From: Myxococcota bacterium
GTDB lineage: Bacteria > Myxococcota_A > UBA9160 > UBA6930
Direction of reading: 5' to 3'
NCBI GenBank assembly: GCA_965223415.1
Contig: OZ245002.1
Coordinates: 4,192,001 to 4,256,000, forward strand
DNA length: 64,000 nt
Each line of letters starts with the position of its first letter. The stretch's first letter is position 1. The translations under genes were made by a program, and so were the position numbers. The notes beneath the pieces were generated by a model. That model did no database searches. It saw only the letters and a program-made list of their open reading frames with translations, and had not been told where the DNA came from. Below, piece by piece: positions 18,781 through 28,614 of the stretch.

Positions 18781-19232
18781 GCGCCTTCTCCCGGGTCGAG
18801 GCGCCAGAAGCGCCAGCCGAACGCGACCTCGGCCACGGGCTCGCCGTCTTCGTCGCCGAGGGCGATCTCGTAGCGAAACGCATCGGAGACGGTCCCCTGC
18901 CGGCCCGTCCTTCGCTCGAAGCCCGTGATCCCGCCGGCCACGTGGTAGGACTCGTCCTCGCGCAGGGGCTGGTGGATCCGCCAGTCGTAGTAGTCGATGC
19001 TCACCGGAGCGCCGGGGGGCGACCCGGCGAGCCGGAACAGCTCGCTGATGCTGGTGCCCACGCCGTTGATCGCCACGTGGAAGAGATGGGCCGGGTGGGC
19101 GAGGCGGTCCGGCAAGGGCGCCGCGCCGGTGGCATCGCTGAGCAGGAAGTTCTCCCAGTGCTCGATGCGATAGGTGCCGCCGGGGAAGCGACGGCCCACC
19201 AGCGCCTGTAGCGCCGCCTCGGACGGCATCAT
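18777..19232 (-). CDS. Hot-dog-fold (MaoC N-terminal-like) partner protein
   Basis: IHQPLR..ESYHVAGGITGFERRTG; coupled to the MaoC gene. Confidence 0.6.
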   Translation of the reverse strand: MMPSEAALQALVGRRFPGGTYRIEHWENFLLSDATGAAPLPDRLAHPAHLFHVAINGVGTSISELFRLAGSPPGAPVSIDYYDWRIHQPLREDESYHVAGGITGFERRTGRQGTVSDAFRYEIALGDEDGEPVAEVAFGWRFWRLDPGEGA

Positions 19233-21361
19233 CGGGTGCTCTCCTTCGGCACCGCGATCGCCCGGGCGCCCTCCGCGTCGAGTCCGACGTGGAGAGCGAT
19301 CGGCGACGACTCCCGGGTCCACCCGCCTCCCGTACGAACGGCGAGCATCCGGTGGTCGATGGCGATCTCGATCCGTTCCGACGCGCCGGCGGGCAGGCGC
19401 ACGCGCTGGAAGCCCACGAGCCTTCGGGGCGGGCGCTCGTAGGCGGACTGCGGAAGCGAGGCGTACACCTGGACGACGGTCGAGCCGGAGCGATCGCCGC
19501 GGTTCCGGACGGTGACCTGGACTGCGGCGGCGGACGAGCTCGCGTCCGCCAGCTCGAAGGAGGTGTAGCCGAGCCCGAAGCCGAACGGACGGTGGGCCCG
19601 GGTGCCCCGGGCATCGAGCCACCACTGGCCGTGCAGGAGGCCGTAGGTCTCCTGCTCGGCCTCTGCACGGAAGGGCACCAGGTCTTCTTCACGCCGCGGG
19701 ATGGCGAAGGGGAGGCGGCCCCCGGGCTCGGCGGCGCCGGTGAGGACAAGGCCCAGCGCGTGGCCTCCCTCCATGCCCGGGTACCAGAGCAGGACGGCCG
19801 CTGGAACCCGCTCGAGCCAGGGCATCACGACTGCGCTGCCGGCCATCACGGCCACCACCACTCGTTCATGCCGATCCGCGGCCGCCAGGATCAGCTCCTC
19901 GTCCTCGGGGCGGAGCCGCAGTGAGCGGCGATCGCCGCCGGCGGCGAAGCCCGGGCGCGTCCCACCCTCCTGTCTCGGTGCCTGGAAGTCCGGAGGGAAG
20001 CCGGCCACGGGATGATCCGTCGGCGGGAAGAGCCCCCGGAGCTTCGCGAACGCGTTCGGATCGATGTACTCCCCCTCGTCCTCGGCGGTGTAGCCGACGA
20101 CGACCACCACCGTGTCGGCTCCCTCGATCACCTCGAGGTCGTGCGCCGCGTGAACCACCTCCGCGTCGGAGAAGGCGGCCCGGAGGCCCGCAAGGGGCGT
20201 CGTCACGTCCGGCTGAAGCACGTTGCTGCTGCCGCCGTCGCCGAGATTCGGGATGTCCGCGAGCCTGCCCAGCACGGCCAGCCGGCGCGTCCTGGCGGCG
20301 ACCAGTGGGAGCATCCCGTTCTCGTTGCGGAGGAGGACCATGGACGCGCAGGCGGCCTCCCGCGCGAGGGCGCGATGCTCGGCGCAGGCGACGACCTCGG
20401 CGCCCGGCGCGTCCCGGAACACCCGGGCGAAGCGCAGCAACGTCGCCAGGGTTTCCGCGACGCGCTGGTCCACCGCGTTGATCGAGAGCTCGCCCCCGGC
20501 GACGGCCTCCGGAAGCGCGACCGCACGCTGCTGGCGGAACGGCATCTCGACGTTGCACCCCGCTTCCACGGATTTCACCGGATCGCGCAGCCCGAACGAG
20601 AAATCTGTGATGACGAAACCCTCGAAGCCCCACTCCTCCCGCAGGATCGACGTCAGCAGCGCCGCGTTCTCGCCGCACCACTCGCCGTTCAGCGAGTTGT
20701 AGGCGCTCATCACACTCGCGACGCCCGCCTCGCAGACGCGACGGAAGTGCGGCAGGTACACCTCGTGGAGGGTGCGCTCGTCCGCGCGGACGTCCACCTG
20801 GAACCTCGCGTTCTCCATCGAGTTCAGGGCGAAGTGCTTCATGCACGCCATCACGTGGCGCTGCAGCCCCTCGGTGAGGGCGGCCGCCATCTCGCCCACG
20901 TGGTGCGGATCCTCTCCGTAGGTTTCCTGGGCGCGGCCCCAGGCCGGGTGCCGGAGGAGGTTGAGACACACGGCGCCCGTGAAGGTCGCACCCTGGGCCC
21001 GCAGCTCGCGGCCGATCGCGTCACCGATGCGGCGCTCGAGGTCCGGATCGAAGCTCGCGCCGCGAGCCATCGGCACGGGGAACGCGGTGGAGGGGCCGAC
21101 GACGCAGCCGCGGGGACCGTCCGCGAACTGGAGGCCGGGGATGCCGAGCCGCGGCACCCGGGCCGCCGGCCACGGGTGGGCGTGGTAGCCGCCTTGCCCC
21201 ATGTCGACGGTCCCGGGCCAGAAGGGGACGTCCCCGTCGAGGCAACCGAGCTTCTCGTCCAGGGTCAGCTCGGCGACGAGCCCACGGGCCTCGGCCGCCG
21301 GATCCGCACCGGCAGCCACCCGGTCGACCGCCTCGTCGAATCGGGCCTCGTTCCGCGGCAA
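19229..21361 (-). CDS. GH3 beta-glucosidase, cytoplasmic
   Basis: DGPRG, WGRAQETYGEDP, KHFALN, MSAYN, GFVITD (nucleophile), GDGGSS, PFGFGLGYT, FnIII tail. TTG start inferred. Confidence 0.9.
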   Translation of the reverse strand: MPRNEARFDEAVDRVAAGADPAAEARGLVAELTLDEKLGCLDGDVPFWPGTVDMGQGGYHAHPWPAARVPRLGIPGLQFADGPRGCVVGPSTAFPVPMARGASFDPDLERRIGDAIGRELRAQGATFTGAVCLNLLRHPAWGRAQETYGEDPHHVGEMAAALTEGLQRHVMACMKHFALNSMENARFQVDVRADERTLHEVYLPHFRRVCEAGVASVMSAYNSLNGEWCGENAALLTSILREEWGFEGFVITDFSFGLRDPVKSVEAGCNVEMPFRQQRAVALPEAVAGGELSINAVDQRVAETLATLLRFARVFRDAPGAEVVACAEHRALAREAACASMVLLRNENGMLPLVAARTRRLAVLGRLADIPNLGDGGSSNVLQPDVTTPLAGLRAAFSDAEVVHAAHDLEVIEGADTVVVVVGYTAEDEGEYIDPNAFAKLRGLFPPTDHPVAGFPPDFQAPRQEGGTRPGFAAGGDRRSLRLRPEDEELILAAADRHERVVVAVMAGSAVVMPWLERVPAAVLLWYPGMEGGHALGLVLTGAAEPGGRLPFAIPRREEDLVPFRAEAEQETYGLLHGQWWLDARGTRAHRPFGFGLGYTSFELADASSSAAAVQVTVRNRGDRSGSTVVQVYASLPQSAYERPPRRLVGFQRVRLPAGASERIEIAIDHRMLAVRTGGGWTRESSPIALHVGLDAEGARAIAVPKESTR

Positions 21362-21363
21362 CC

Positions 21364-22341
21364 TCAGGCCGACTGGAGCCGCACGAGACGTTCGTTGATG
21401 ATGCTCTCCGCCTCGCTCATGATGCGATCGATCAGCTCCTTCACCGTCGGCACGTCGTGGATGAGGCCCGCGACCATGCCACAGGACCATGCGCCTGCCT
21501 CCACGTCGCCCTCCTGCATCACCTTCGGATAGATTCCAGCGACCTCCGGGATGATGTCCTCGAACTTCAGGTCTGCACCGAGCGCCTTCTCCTTCTCGAT
21601 CAGACGTTCGACGCCGGCGTTGGCTAGCACCCGCTCGGTGTTGCGCAGCCCGCGCATGATGAGGCGCGTATCGAGCTCCGAGGCGTCGACCAGGGCCTGC
21701 TTCACGTTCCAGTGGACGGGGGCCTCCTGGGTTGCGATGAAGCGTGTGCCCATGTTCATGCCCTCCGCGCCCATGGCCAGGGAGGCCACCAGGCTGCGGG
21801 CATCCGCCATGCCGCCAGAGGAGATGAAGGGGATCTCCAGCTCCTCGGCCGCGCGAGGCAGGAGGATGAAGTTCGGCACGTCGTCCTCGCCCGGATGGCC
21901 ACCGCACTCGAACCCGTCGACGGACACCGCATCGCAGCCGATCCGCTGCGCCTTCAGGGCGTGGCGGACGGAGGTGCACTTGTGAACGACCTTGATGTCG
22001 GCCTCCTTCAGCATCGGGAGCCACTCGACGGGGTTGTTCCCGGCGGTTTCCACCACCTTGACGCCGCTCTCGACGATGACCTTGAAGAGCCCGGGATAGT
22101 CCGGCGGCTTCAGCGAGGGAAGAAAGGTCATGTTCACGCCGAAGGGCTTGTCGGTCATTTCCCGGCAACGGGCGATCTCGGCCTCGAGCTTCTCGGGCGT
22201 GCCCTGGGTGAGCCCGGTGATGATGCCAAGGCCGCCGGCGTTCGAGACCGCGGCCGCCAGCTCCGCCAGGCCGACGAAGTGCATTCCGCCCTGGACGATC
22301 GGGTGCTCGATTCCCAGCATCTCGGTGATTCGCGTCTTCAT
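21364..22341 (-). CDS. Nitronate monooxygenase / FabK-like flavoprotein
   Basis: PIVQGGM, VSNAGGLG, DGFECGGHPGEDD, GMNMGTRF. Confidence 0.9.
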   Translation of the reverse strand: MKTRITEMLGIEHPIVQGGMHFVGLAELAAAVSNAGGLGIITGLTQGTPEKLEAEIARCREMTDKPFGVNMTFLPSLKPPDYPGLFKVIVESGVKVVETAGNNPVEWLPMLKEADIKVVHKCTSVRHALKAQRIGCDAVSVDGFECGGHPGEDDVPNFILLPRAAEELEIPFISSGGMADARSLVASLAMGAEGMNMGTRFIATQEAPVHWNVKQALVDASELDTRLIMRGLRNTERVLANAGVERLIEKEKALGADLKFEDIIPEVAGIYPKVMQEGDVEAGAWSCGMVAGLIHDVPTVKELIDRIMSEAESIINERLVRLQSA

Positions 22342-22464
22342 CTCGGATCGGTCTCCTGGTGGTAGGTGCCGGCGGGCACCCCATTCTAGGGCAGGGCCCC
22401 TCGGAGGACAGCCTTCGCTCGATGGGCGACCATGAGCCGACCCGAGGACACGAAAGGAAGATCC

Positions 22465-23307
22465 GTGACCGACTCGAACTCGTACACCCCGCCGAAGGTC
22501 TGGAAGTGGGATGCCGAGAGCGGCGGGCGCTTCGCCAAGATCAACCGTCCGATCGCGGGAGCGACCCACGAGAAGGAGCTCCCGGTCGGCGAGCACCCGA
22601 TTCAGCTCTACTCCCTCGCGACGCCGAACGGCGTGAAGGTGACGGTGCTCCTGGAGGAGCTGCTGGCGCTCGGCCGGGAGGGGGCCCAGTACGATGCCTA
22701 CCTCGTCAACATCGGCGAGGGAGATCAGTTCGGCAGCGGCTTCGTCGCGGCGAACCCCAACAGCAAGATTCCCGCCCTCGTCGACCACGGCACATCGCCT
22801 CCGACGCGCGTCTTCGAGTCCGGAGCGATCCTGGTCTACCTGGCCGAGAAGTTCGACGCCTTCCTGTCGAAGGAGCCGAGTTCGCGCGCCGAGTGTATGT
22901 CCTGGCTCTTCTGGCAGATGGGCGGCACGCCATTCCTGGGCGGCGGCTTCGGGCACTTCTATGCTTATGCCCCGGAGAAGTTCGAGTACCCCATCAACCG
23001 CTACGCCATGGAGGTGAAGCGCCAGCTCGACGTGCTCGACCGCAACCTGGCCGACAGGAAATACCTCGTCGGCGACGAGTACACGATCGCCGACATGGCC
23101 ACCTGGCCCTGGTACGGCGGTCTCGTGCTGCACAACCTGTACGACGCGGCGGTGTTCCTCGACGTCGCGTCCTACGCGAACGTGACGCGCTGGGCCACGG
23201 AGATCCAGGAGCGCCCGGCGGTGAAGCGCGGGCAGCGGGTCAACAAGGCCTGGGGGCCCGAGGAGGAGCGGGTGCCCGAACGCCACAAGGCCAGCGACCT
23301 GGGCTGA
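22465..23307 (+). CDS. yghU: Glutathione-dependent disulfide-bond oxidoreductase (Nu-class GST)
   Basis: YTPPKVWKW, INRPIAGATHEK, ATPNGVK, NPNSKIP, GGGFGHFYAYAPEK. Confidence 0.93.
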   Translation: MTDSNSYTPPKVWKWDAESGGRFAKINRPIAGATHEKELPVGEHPIQLYSLATPNGVKVTVLLEELLALGREGAQYDAYLVNIGEGDQFGSGFVAANPNSKIPALVDHGTSPPTRVFESGAILVYLAEKFDAFLSKEPSSRAECMSWLFWQMGGTPFLGGGFGHFYAYAPEKFEYPINRYAMEVKRQLDVLDRNLADRKYLVGDEYTIADMATWPWYGGLVLHNLYDAAVFLDVASYANVTRWATEIQERPAVKRGQRVNKAWGPEEERVPERHKASDLG

Positions 23308-23321
23308 GGAAGCACCCAGCG

Positions 23322-24476
23322 ATGTCGGCCGACGCCCCCTACGTCCTCTACGGCTCCCATGCCTCCTACGCCACCGCGAAGTCGCGGAGCTACCTGCGAA
23401 AGAAGGGCATCCCCTTCGTCGAGCGGTTGCCGTCGGCGCCTCGCTTTCGCGAGTACGTGCGACCCACCAGCGAGAATCACCGAATCCCGCAGCTGGAAGC
23501 GCCGGACGGCACGGTGGTGCAGGACACCACCGCCATCTTCGACTACCTGGAAGCGCGCTTTCCCGAGCCCGCGGCCTACCCCGCCGGGCCCCGTCAGCAG
23601 CTCGTCGCGCGGCTGTTCGAGGTGCTGCTCGACGCGGAGCTGGGCCGCGTCGCCTGGCACTACCGCTGGAACTACATGGACGAGAACTACGCCTTCGTCG
23701 GTCGGGAGTTCGGGCGCTCGTTCCGGCCCCAGGGCAGCGACGAGGAGCTCGACCACTACGGCGCCGTGATCGCCGAGCGCATGGAGAGCAAGCGCGCGGG
23801 TCTCGGCGATAGCGGGGCGCTCCGGCCGGTCCTCGAGACCATCTACCTGGAGGTGCTCGAGCTCCTGGAGACGCACTTCACCCGGCTCCCGTACCTGTTC
23901 GGTGGGCTCCCCTCGATCGCGGATCACGTGCTGATGGGCTCGCTCTTCGGGCACTTGGCCCGCGACCCGGAGCCGTCACGGCTGATGAAGCTCCGCGCGC
24001 CGCGGGTCTTCCGTTGGACCGAGCACATGAACACGCCGGAGATCCAGTCCCCGGAGTTCGCGGACCACCCGATGGCGTACCTGCCCGATGACGAGCTTCC
24101 CGAGGCGACGGAGGCGCTCTTGCGGCTCTGCATCTCGGACTGCGCGACGGGCCTCGTGCGCTCCGCCGAGATCTTCGACGCCTGGGCCGAGGAGCGGGCT
24201 GATCGCCCGACCGGCGACGTCATCTCACCGGAAGGCCACGACGAAGCCGTGGTCGGCCGCTTCGACGACGAGCTGCGCGGTGTCGCCCTCCCGGCGGGAG
24301 CGGCGACCTACCCGCTGTGGGTGCTCCAGCGCGGGCTCGACTGGTACCGCGCCCAGGGCGAGGCCGATCGGGACGCGGGCCGCGAGCTGCTCGAGCGCTG
24401 CGGCGGGAAAGCGCTGCTGGAGATCGGGCCTCGCCGGCGCCTCACGCGGGTCGGCAGCTGGATGGCCCTGGCCTGA
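23322..24476 (+). CDS. Extended GST-family protein
   Basis: SYATAKSRSYLRKKG, RIPQL, QDTTAI, HYRW, HLARDP. Confidence 0.8.
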   Translation: MSADAPYVLYGSHASYATAKSRSYLRKKGIPFVERLPSAPRFREYVRPTSENHRIPQLEAPDGTVVQDTTAIFDYLEARFPEPAAYPAGPRQQLVARLFEVLLDAELGRVAWHYRWNYMDENYAFVGREFGRSFRPQGSDEELDHYGAVIAERMESKRAGLGDSGALRPVLETIYLEVLELLETHFTRLPYLFGGLPSIADHVLMGSLFGHLARDPEPSRLMKLRAPRVFRWTEHMNTPEIQSPEFADHPMAYLPDDELPEATEALLRLCISDCATGLVRSAEIFDAWAEERADRPTGDVISPEGHDEAVVGRFDDELRGVALPAGAATYPLWVLQRGLDWYRAQGEADRDAGRELLERCGGKALLEIGPRRRLTRVGSWMALA

Positions 24477-24550
24477 GAGGCGCTTCGCGGGCCGCTCCCG
24501 AACCTGGGTGTTCGTGATAGCGTAGGGCTTCCCCTGCGACGGAGGCTCCG

Positions 24551-25753
24551 ATGCCGCTTCGCGTCCTGTGCGCTCTCCCCATGCTCCTGCTGCTCGCGGT
24601 TCCGGCGATGGCCCAGGAGGGGCTGCCTCCGGACGCGCCGGGGCCCTGGTCCGTGGGCTTCCGCAGCGAGGTCGCGATCGACGTCGATCGCGACGATCGC
24701 CCGCTTCCGCTCGCCGTCTGGTACCCGGTCGATCCGGGCGAGGAGAGCGGCGTGCCCGTCACCTACCCGCTGCTTCTCGCCCTCGGCATCCCCTCCGACC
24801 TTGCCAGCCAGGGTCCTCCCGTCAGCGACGACGGCCGCCGCCCCCTGATCGTCTTCTCCCACGGCTCCGGCGGAATCAACATCCAGTCGGTCCAGCTCTG
24901 CGAAGTCCTGGCGAGTCACGGCTTCGTCGTCGTCGCGCCGGCCCACACGGGCAACACGACCCAGGACGCCCAGGACGGCACGAGCGTGCCCTTCCTCCAA
25001 TCGGCGCTCGATCGTCCGCTGGACGTGAGCTTCGTCGCCGACCACTTCGTGAAGCGATCGGGCACGCCGGGCGATCCGTTCGAGGATCGCGTGCGGACGA
25101 GCGCCTTCGGCGTCGCCGGCCACTCCTTCGGCGGCTACACGGCCCTCGCGATGGCGTCCGGCTGGTCCGGCGGGGTGCTGCCGGATCCGCGCTTCCGGGC
25201 GATCATGGCCATCTCCCCCGCCAGCGGTGCGCTCTCCGACGACGAGCTGCGATCGATCTCGCGGCCCCTCCTGCTCCTCTCCGGCACCCTGGACACGACG
25301 ACGCCCATCGATCCCGACACCCTGCGCCCGTGGAACCTGGCGTCTCCGGCCCGCGTGTATCGGGCCGACATCGTCGGCGCGACCCACACCCACTTCGCCA
25401 ACATCTGCTCGATCGCGGACGCGCTGATCTCGGCCGGCATCGGGCCCAATGCGTGGCAGTACATCGGGGCCGGAGCGCTCCTGCAACCCTACCTCGATAC
25501 CTGTGTGCCGCCCGCGTTCCCCCTCGACGAGGCGCTCCGCATCCAGGATCTCTACGCGGTAGCCTTCTTCCGGCGCCATCTGCTCTGGCAGCAGACCTAC
25601 GACTCGTTCCTCACCGAGGCCTACGCCCTCGCCAACGAGCCGGACGTCCAGTACTTCCGGCGGGAGACCACTGGCTGCGGCCTCGGGTTCGAGCTCGTCT
25701 TGGTGCTGCTGCCGATCCGGGCGTGGCGCCGGAGCCGTCGCATCGGGCGCTAG
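24551..25753 (+). CDS. Secreted alpha/beta hydrolase with C-terminal CGLGFEL-TM-basic tail
   Basis: Signal peptide, FSHGSGG, GHSFGG, GTLD, THTHF; tail GCGLGFELVLVLLPIRAWRRSRR. Confidence 0.85.
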   Translation: MPLRVLCALPMLLLLAVPAMAQEGLPPDAPGPWSVGFRSEVAIDVDRDDRPLPLAVWYPVDPGEESGVPVTYPLLLALGIPSDLASQGPPVSDDGRRPLIVFSHGSGGINIQSVQLCEVLASHGFVVVAPAHTGNTTQDAQDGTSVPFLQSALDRPLDVSFVADHFVKRSGTPGDPFEDRVRTSAFGVAGHSFGGYTALAMASGWSGGVLPDPRFRAIMAISPASGALSDDELRSISRPLLLLSGTLDTTTPIDPDTLRPWNLASPARVYRADIVGATHTHFANICSIADALISAGIGPNAWQYIGAGALLQPYLDTCVPPAFPLDEALRIQDLYAVAFFRRHLLWQQTYDSFLTEAYALANEPDVQYFRRETTGCGLGFELVLVLLPIRAWRRSRRIGR

Positions 25754-26047
25754 CCGCCCGCCGCGTCCTCCTGGCGAAAGCCGCGAAGGGGCACGGAGGT
25801 GCCCGCCCTTCACCACGCAATACTTGACGTAGAAGTCGCCGACCAGGGAAGAGGCACCGATCAGCGCCAGGAGTGCGAGCCCGCCGGCCGGAGGAGCACC
25901 GTCCCTCCGTAGAAGGCCGCCCGCCCGATTGGCCGCCGCGAGGTAGAGCAGCACCAGCACCGCCGTCGATGCCACGACCCAGAGCTTGATGGCCCCGACC
26001 GGCGCGAAGTCGAAGGTCGCGCCGCTCGCTTGGGCCGGCGGGCGGCG

Positions 26048-26695
26048 TCACCTCGCGTCGTCCGGCGCCAAGCCCTCGCTCTTCGCCCAGGCCTCGAGCC
26101 CGTCGACCCGCTCCAGCTCCACGTGGAAGCCGAGCTCGAGCGCTTCGTGGGGACGGGCGATGAGCCCCCCGGCCACCGTGGGTACCTCGATTCCGAAGAC
26201 CTCGAAGGTCGTGGCGAGTACGCCGGCTGCGTAGTGGCGGCCGCCGAGCTCACTCAGCTCGACCGGGAGCTCGACAGGGAACTCCCGGGCGCCGAAGCTC
26301 AGGGTGCCGGCCAACGCGAAGCTGCCGCTCGAGATCCCGCCGCCCAGGACGGTCGGGTCGAGGGGGGCCGAGGTGAAGCGCAGCTCCGGCTGGTCCTCCG
26401 CTCCGAGCAGCTCGGCCACGACGCCGTCGCGGAAACCGCTCCTGGAGTCCAGGCTCGCGATCGGCAGCGTGACCGAGATCCGTGGGGGGCCACCTGCCGC
26501 GGGGACTTCGAGGGCCGCCGTCGCCTCGCAGCTCTTGCCGACGATCGGCGTGTCGACGAAGAACCACATGTCCTTCACCGTTCGATAGGCCACGCAGTGA
26601 TCGTTCGGCTCGAAGAGCTCGTCCTCGGCGCCAGCGTCGGCCGGAGCCCCGAGCAGGAGAAGGAGCGCACCGAGTGCGGTGACGAGGAACCCCAA
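26048..26695 (-). CDS. YceI-family periplasmic lipid-binding protein
   Basis: Signal peptide, SLDSRSGFRD, PELRF, GTLSFG, FGIEVP; TTG start after AGGGAG. Confidence 0.75.
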   Translation of the reverse strand: MGFLVTALGALLLLLGAPADAGAEDELFEPNDHCVAYRTVKDMWFFVDTPIVGKSCEATAALEVPAAGGPPRISVTLPIASLDSRSGFRDGVVAELLGAEDQPELRFTSAPLDPTVLGGGISSGSFALAGTLSFGAREFPVELPVELSELGGRHYAAGVLATTFEVFGIEVPTVAGGLIARPHEALELGFHVELERVDGLEAWAKSEGLAPDDAR

Positions 26696-26903
26696 TGCCG
26701 TCTCCCTTCGAGTGCGGACTACCAGCCCGATGCCCGCCCGTGCGGAGCAAGACGCATGCCCACGCGCGCCGGCCGTAGGCCACCAGAGCCCGCCGCCGTG
26801 GGGCTCCGTGACTCGGGGGTGGGGCGTTCGCGGACTCGCTCCGAGAGCGGCGGGAGCGCTTCCGCGCGAAAGGGCACACACTCCTCGGCAAAGGAGGACT
26901 CCG

Positions 26904-27617
26904 ATGTCCCAGCTCACGAGACGCAGCTTCCTGCTCGCTTCATCCGGTGCGGCCGTGGGGAACGTCGTCGCCTCCGGTCCCGCTCTCGCCACGGATCCAG
27001 GCCGCATCGACTTCTCCGCCAGCGGCCTGGTCACGGGCCGCCCGAAGCCGCTCCGTCGGAAGTCGGTTCCCGGATTCCTGAGCGCCGAGCAGATCGCGCC
27101 CCACCACGCGGCCCACTACGGCGGGGCCTTGAAGGGCTACATCGCCGCGGACGAGCGGATCGAGCATTCGAACCGCTCGGGCAAGCTGCCGGACGCGCCG
27201 ACCTTCGGGGCGCTCAAGCGGGCGATCGCCAGCAAGGCCAACAGCGTGGTCCTCCACGAGCTCTACTTCGACGGCATCGGTCCGAAGGGCGCGGATCCGG
27301 GAGGCGGATTGCAGGCGGCGATCACGGCGCGTTTCGGATCCATCGAAGGCTGGGCGGCGGACTTCGCGGCGTCCGCCAACGCGTCCGCCGGCTGGGCGAT
27401 GCTCGTCCGGCATCCCGCCAACGGAAAGCTCTACAACCTCGTCAGCGACGATCACGCCGCGGGCCCGCTGTGGATGGCGACCCCCCTGATCGTGGTCGAT
27501 ACCTACGAGCACGCCTTCTACATCGACTACCAGAACCGCAAGGCGGACTACGTGGAGCGGTTCCTGGATCACATCGACTGGAAGGAGGCGGACCAGCGCT
27601 TCCGGTCGACCGGGTGA
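26904..27617 (+). CDS. Fe/Mn superoxide dismutase family protein with Tat signal
   Basis: TRRSFL..ALA signal; HHAAHY, LHELYF and DTYEHAFY ligand motifs; RBS AGGAGG. Confidence 0.85.
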   Translation: MSQLTRRSFLLASSGAAVGNVVASGPALATDPGRIDFSASGLVTGRPKPLRRKSVPGFLSAEQIAPHHAAHYGGALKGYIAADERIEHSNRSGKLPDAPTFGALKRAIASKANSVVLHELYFDGIGPKGADPGGGLQAAITARFGSIEGWAADFAASANASAGWAMLVRHPANGKLYNLVSDDHAAGPLWMATPLIVVDTYEHAFYIDYQNRKADYVERFLDHIDWKEADQRFRSTG

Positions 27618-27633
27618 GGTGGGGCGCCTGCCC

Positions 27634-28377
27634 TCAGCGCCAGCTCACGAGGGTCTTCTCGATCTCCTCCCGCGCCCTGGTGAGGACGGCCATCGGGTCT
27701 TCCTCCGGGTGGCGCGCGACGGGGGCCCCGATGTGCACGCGAACCCGCGTTCCGAAGGGGACGGGCAGCAGGTTGAAGCGCAGCAGCCGCCACGATTCGT
27801 CGATGGCGATGGGCACGACCGGCACGTCCGGGGCCGCCTCCAGCAGGGCCAGCGCTCCCGCCGGGCGGAAGGGCCCGAGCTCGCCGGCGCGCGCCCGGGT
27901 GCCCTCGGGATAGATGACGGCCGACACCCCACGCTCCCGAACCCGCTCGCCCAGCTCGCGGATCGCCCGGGTCGCCTGCTCCCGGTCCCGGCGATCGATG
28001 ATCGCGTTCCCGCCGCGCCGGAGGTTGTAGGAGATGCTCGGGATCCAGTGGGCGAGCTCGCGCTTCGACACGTACTTGGGGAAGTTCGAGAACAGCAGCG
28101 CGCCAAGGATCGGGATGTCGAACATGCTCTGGTGGTTCGCGATGAAGACGTAAGGGGTGTGCGTGCGTACCTCGGCGGAGCGATCCACGACGATCCGCGT
28201 GCCCGCCAGGCGGAACGCCTGGACGAGAGCGATCTGGAGCCAGCCTGCGACGATCTCCTGCGGTCGCTGGCCGGCCAGGCGGGCGATGCGTTGGAGCGGA
28301 TCGAAGACGAGGAGGATCCCCCCGAAGCCGATGAGGAAGGGAAGGGTGAAGATCCAGTCGACGGGCCGACCGCGCAT
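27634..28377 (-). CDS. 1-acyl-sn-glycerol-3-phosphate acyltransferase (PlsC family)
   Basis: NHQSMFD, IDR, YPEGTR motifs. Confidence 0.9.
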   Translation of the reverse strand: MRGRPVDWIFTLPFLIGFGGILLVFDPLQRIARLAGQRPQEIVAGWLQIALVQAFRLAGTRIVVDRSAEVRTHTPYVFIANHQSMFDIPILGALLFSNFPKYVSKRELAHWIPSISYNLRRGGNAIIDRRDREQATRAIRELGERVRERGVSAVIYPEGTRARAGELGPFRPAGALALLEAAPDVPVVPIAIDESWRLLRFNLLPVPFGTRVRVHIGAPVARHPEEDPMAVLTRAREEIEKTLVSWR

Positions 28378-28421
28378 GACCGGAGTTTGACAGCCGGGAG
28401 CCGCTGCGCACCCCGGCGGCG

Positions 28422-28604
28422 TCAGCCGCGGCCAATCACCTCGAGCCGGTACTCACAGGTGAGACATCGGCGCATCGCGCGCTGGGTGCGCTCGTTCCGG
28501 GCCTCGAGCCGCTCGACCTCGGTGCGCAGCCGCTCGATCTCGCGCTGCTGGGCCAGGAGCCGTCGCTCCCGGGCGAAGAACCTCGTCCACTTCCGCATGG
28601 CCAT
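28422..28604 (-). CDS. Small coiled-coil protein with CxxC
   Basis: 60 aa, heptad-rich EIERLRTEVERLEARNER, then CLTCEY; fills the gap between co-oriented genes. Confidence 0.55.
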   Translation of the reverse strand: MAMRKWTRFFARERRLLAQQREIERLRTEVERLEARNERTQRAMRRCLTCEYRLEVIGRG

Positions 28605-28614
28605 GGCGGGCCGA

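Noticed and set aside
22359..24476. Apparent 705-aa fusion ORF (similarly 19229-22384, 11801-15097, 29995-34626, 35352-37859)
   Set aside because: These are ORF-caller N-terminal extensions through other genes' off-frames; the real starts with RBS or -10 signals are internal.
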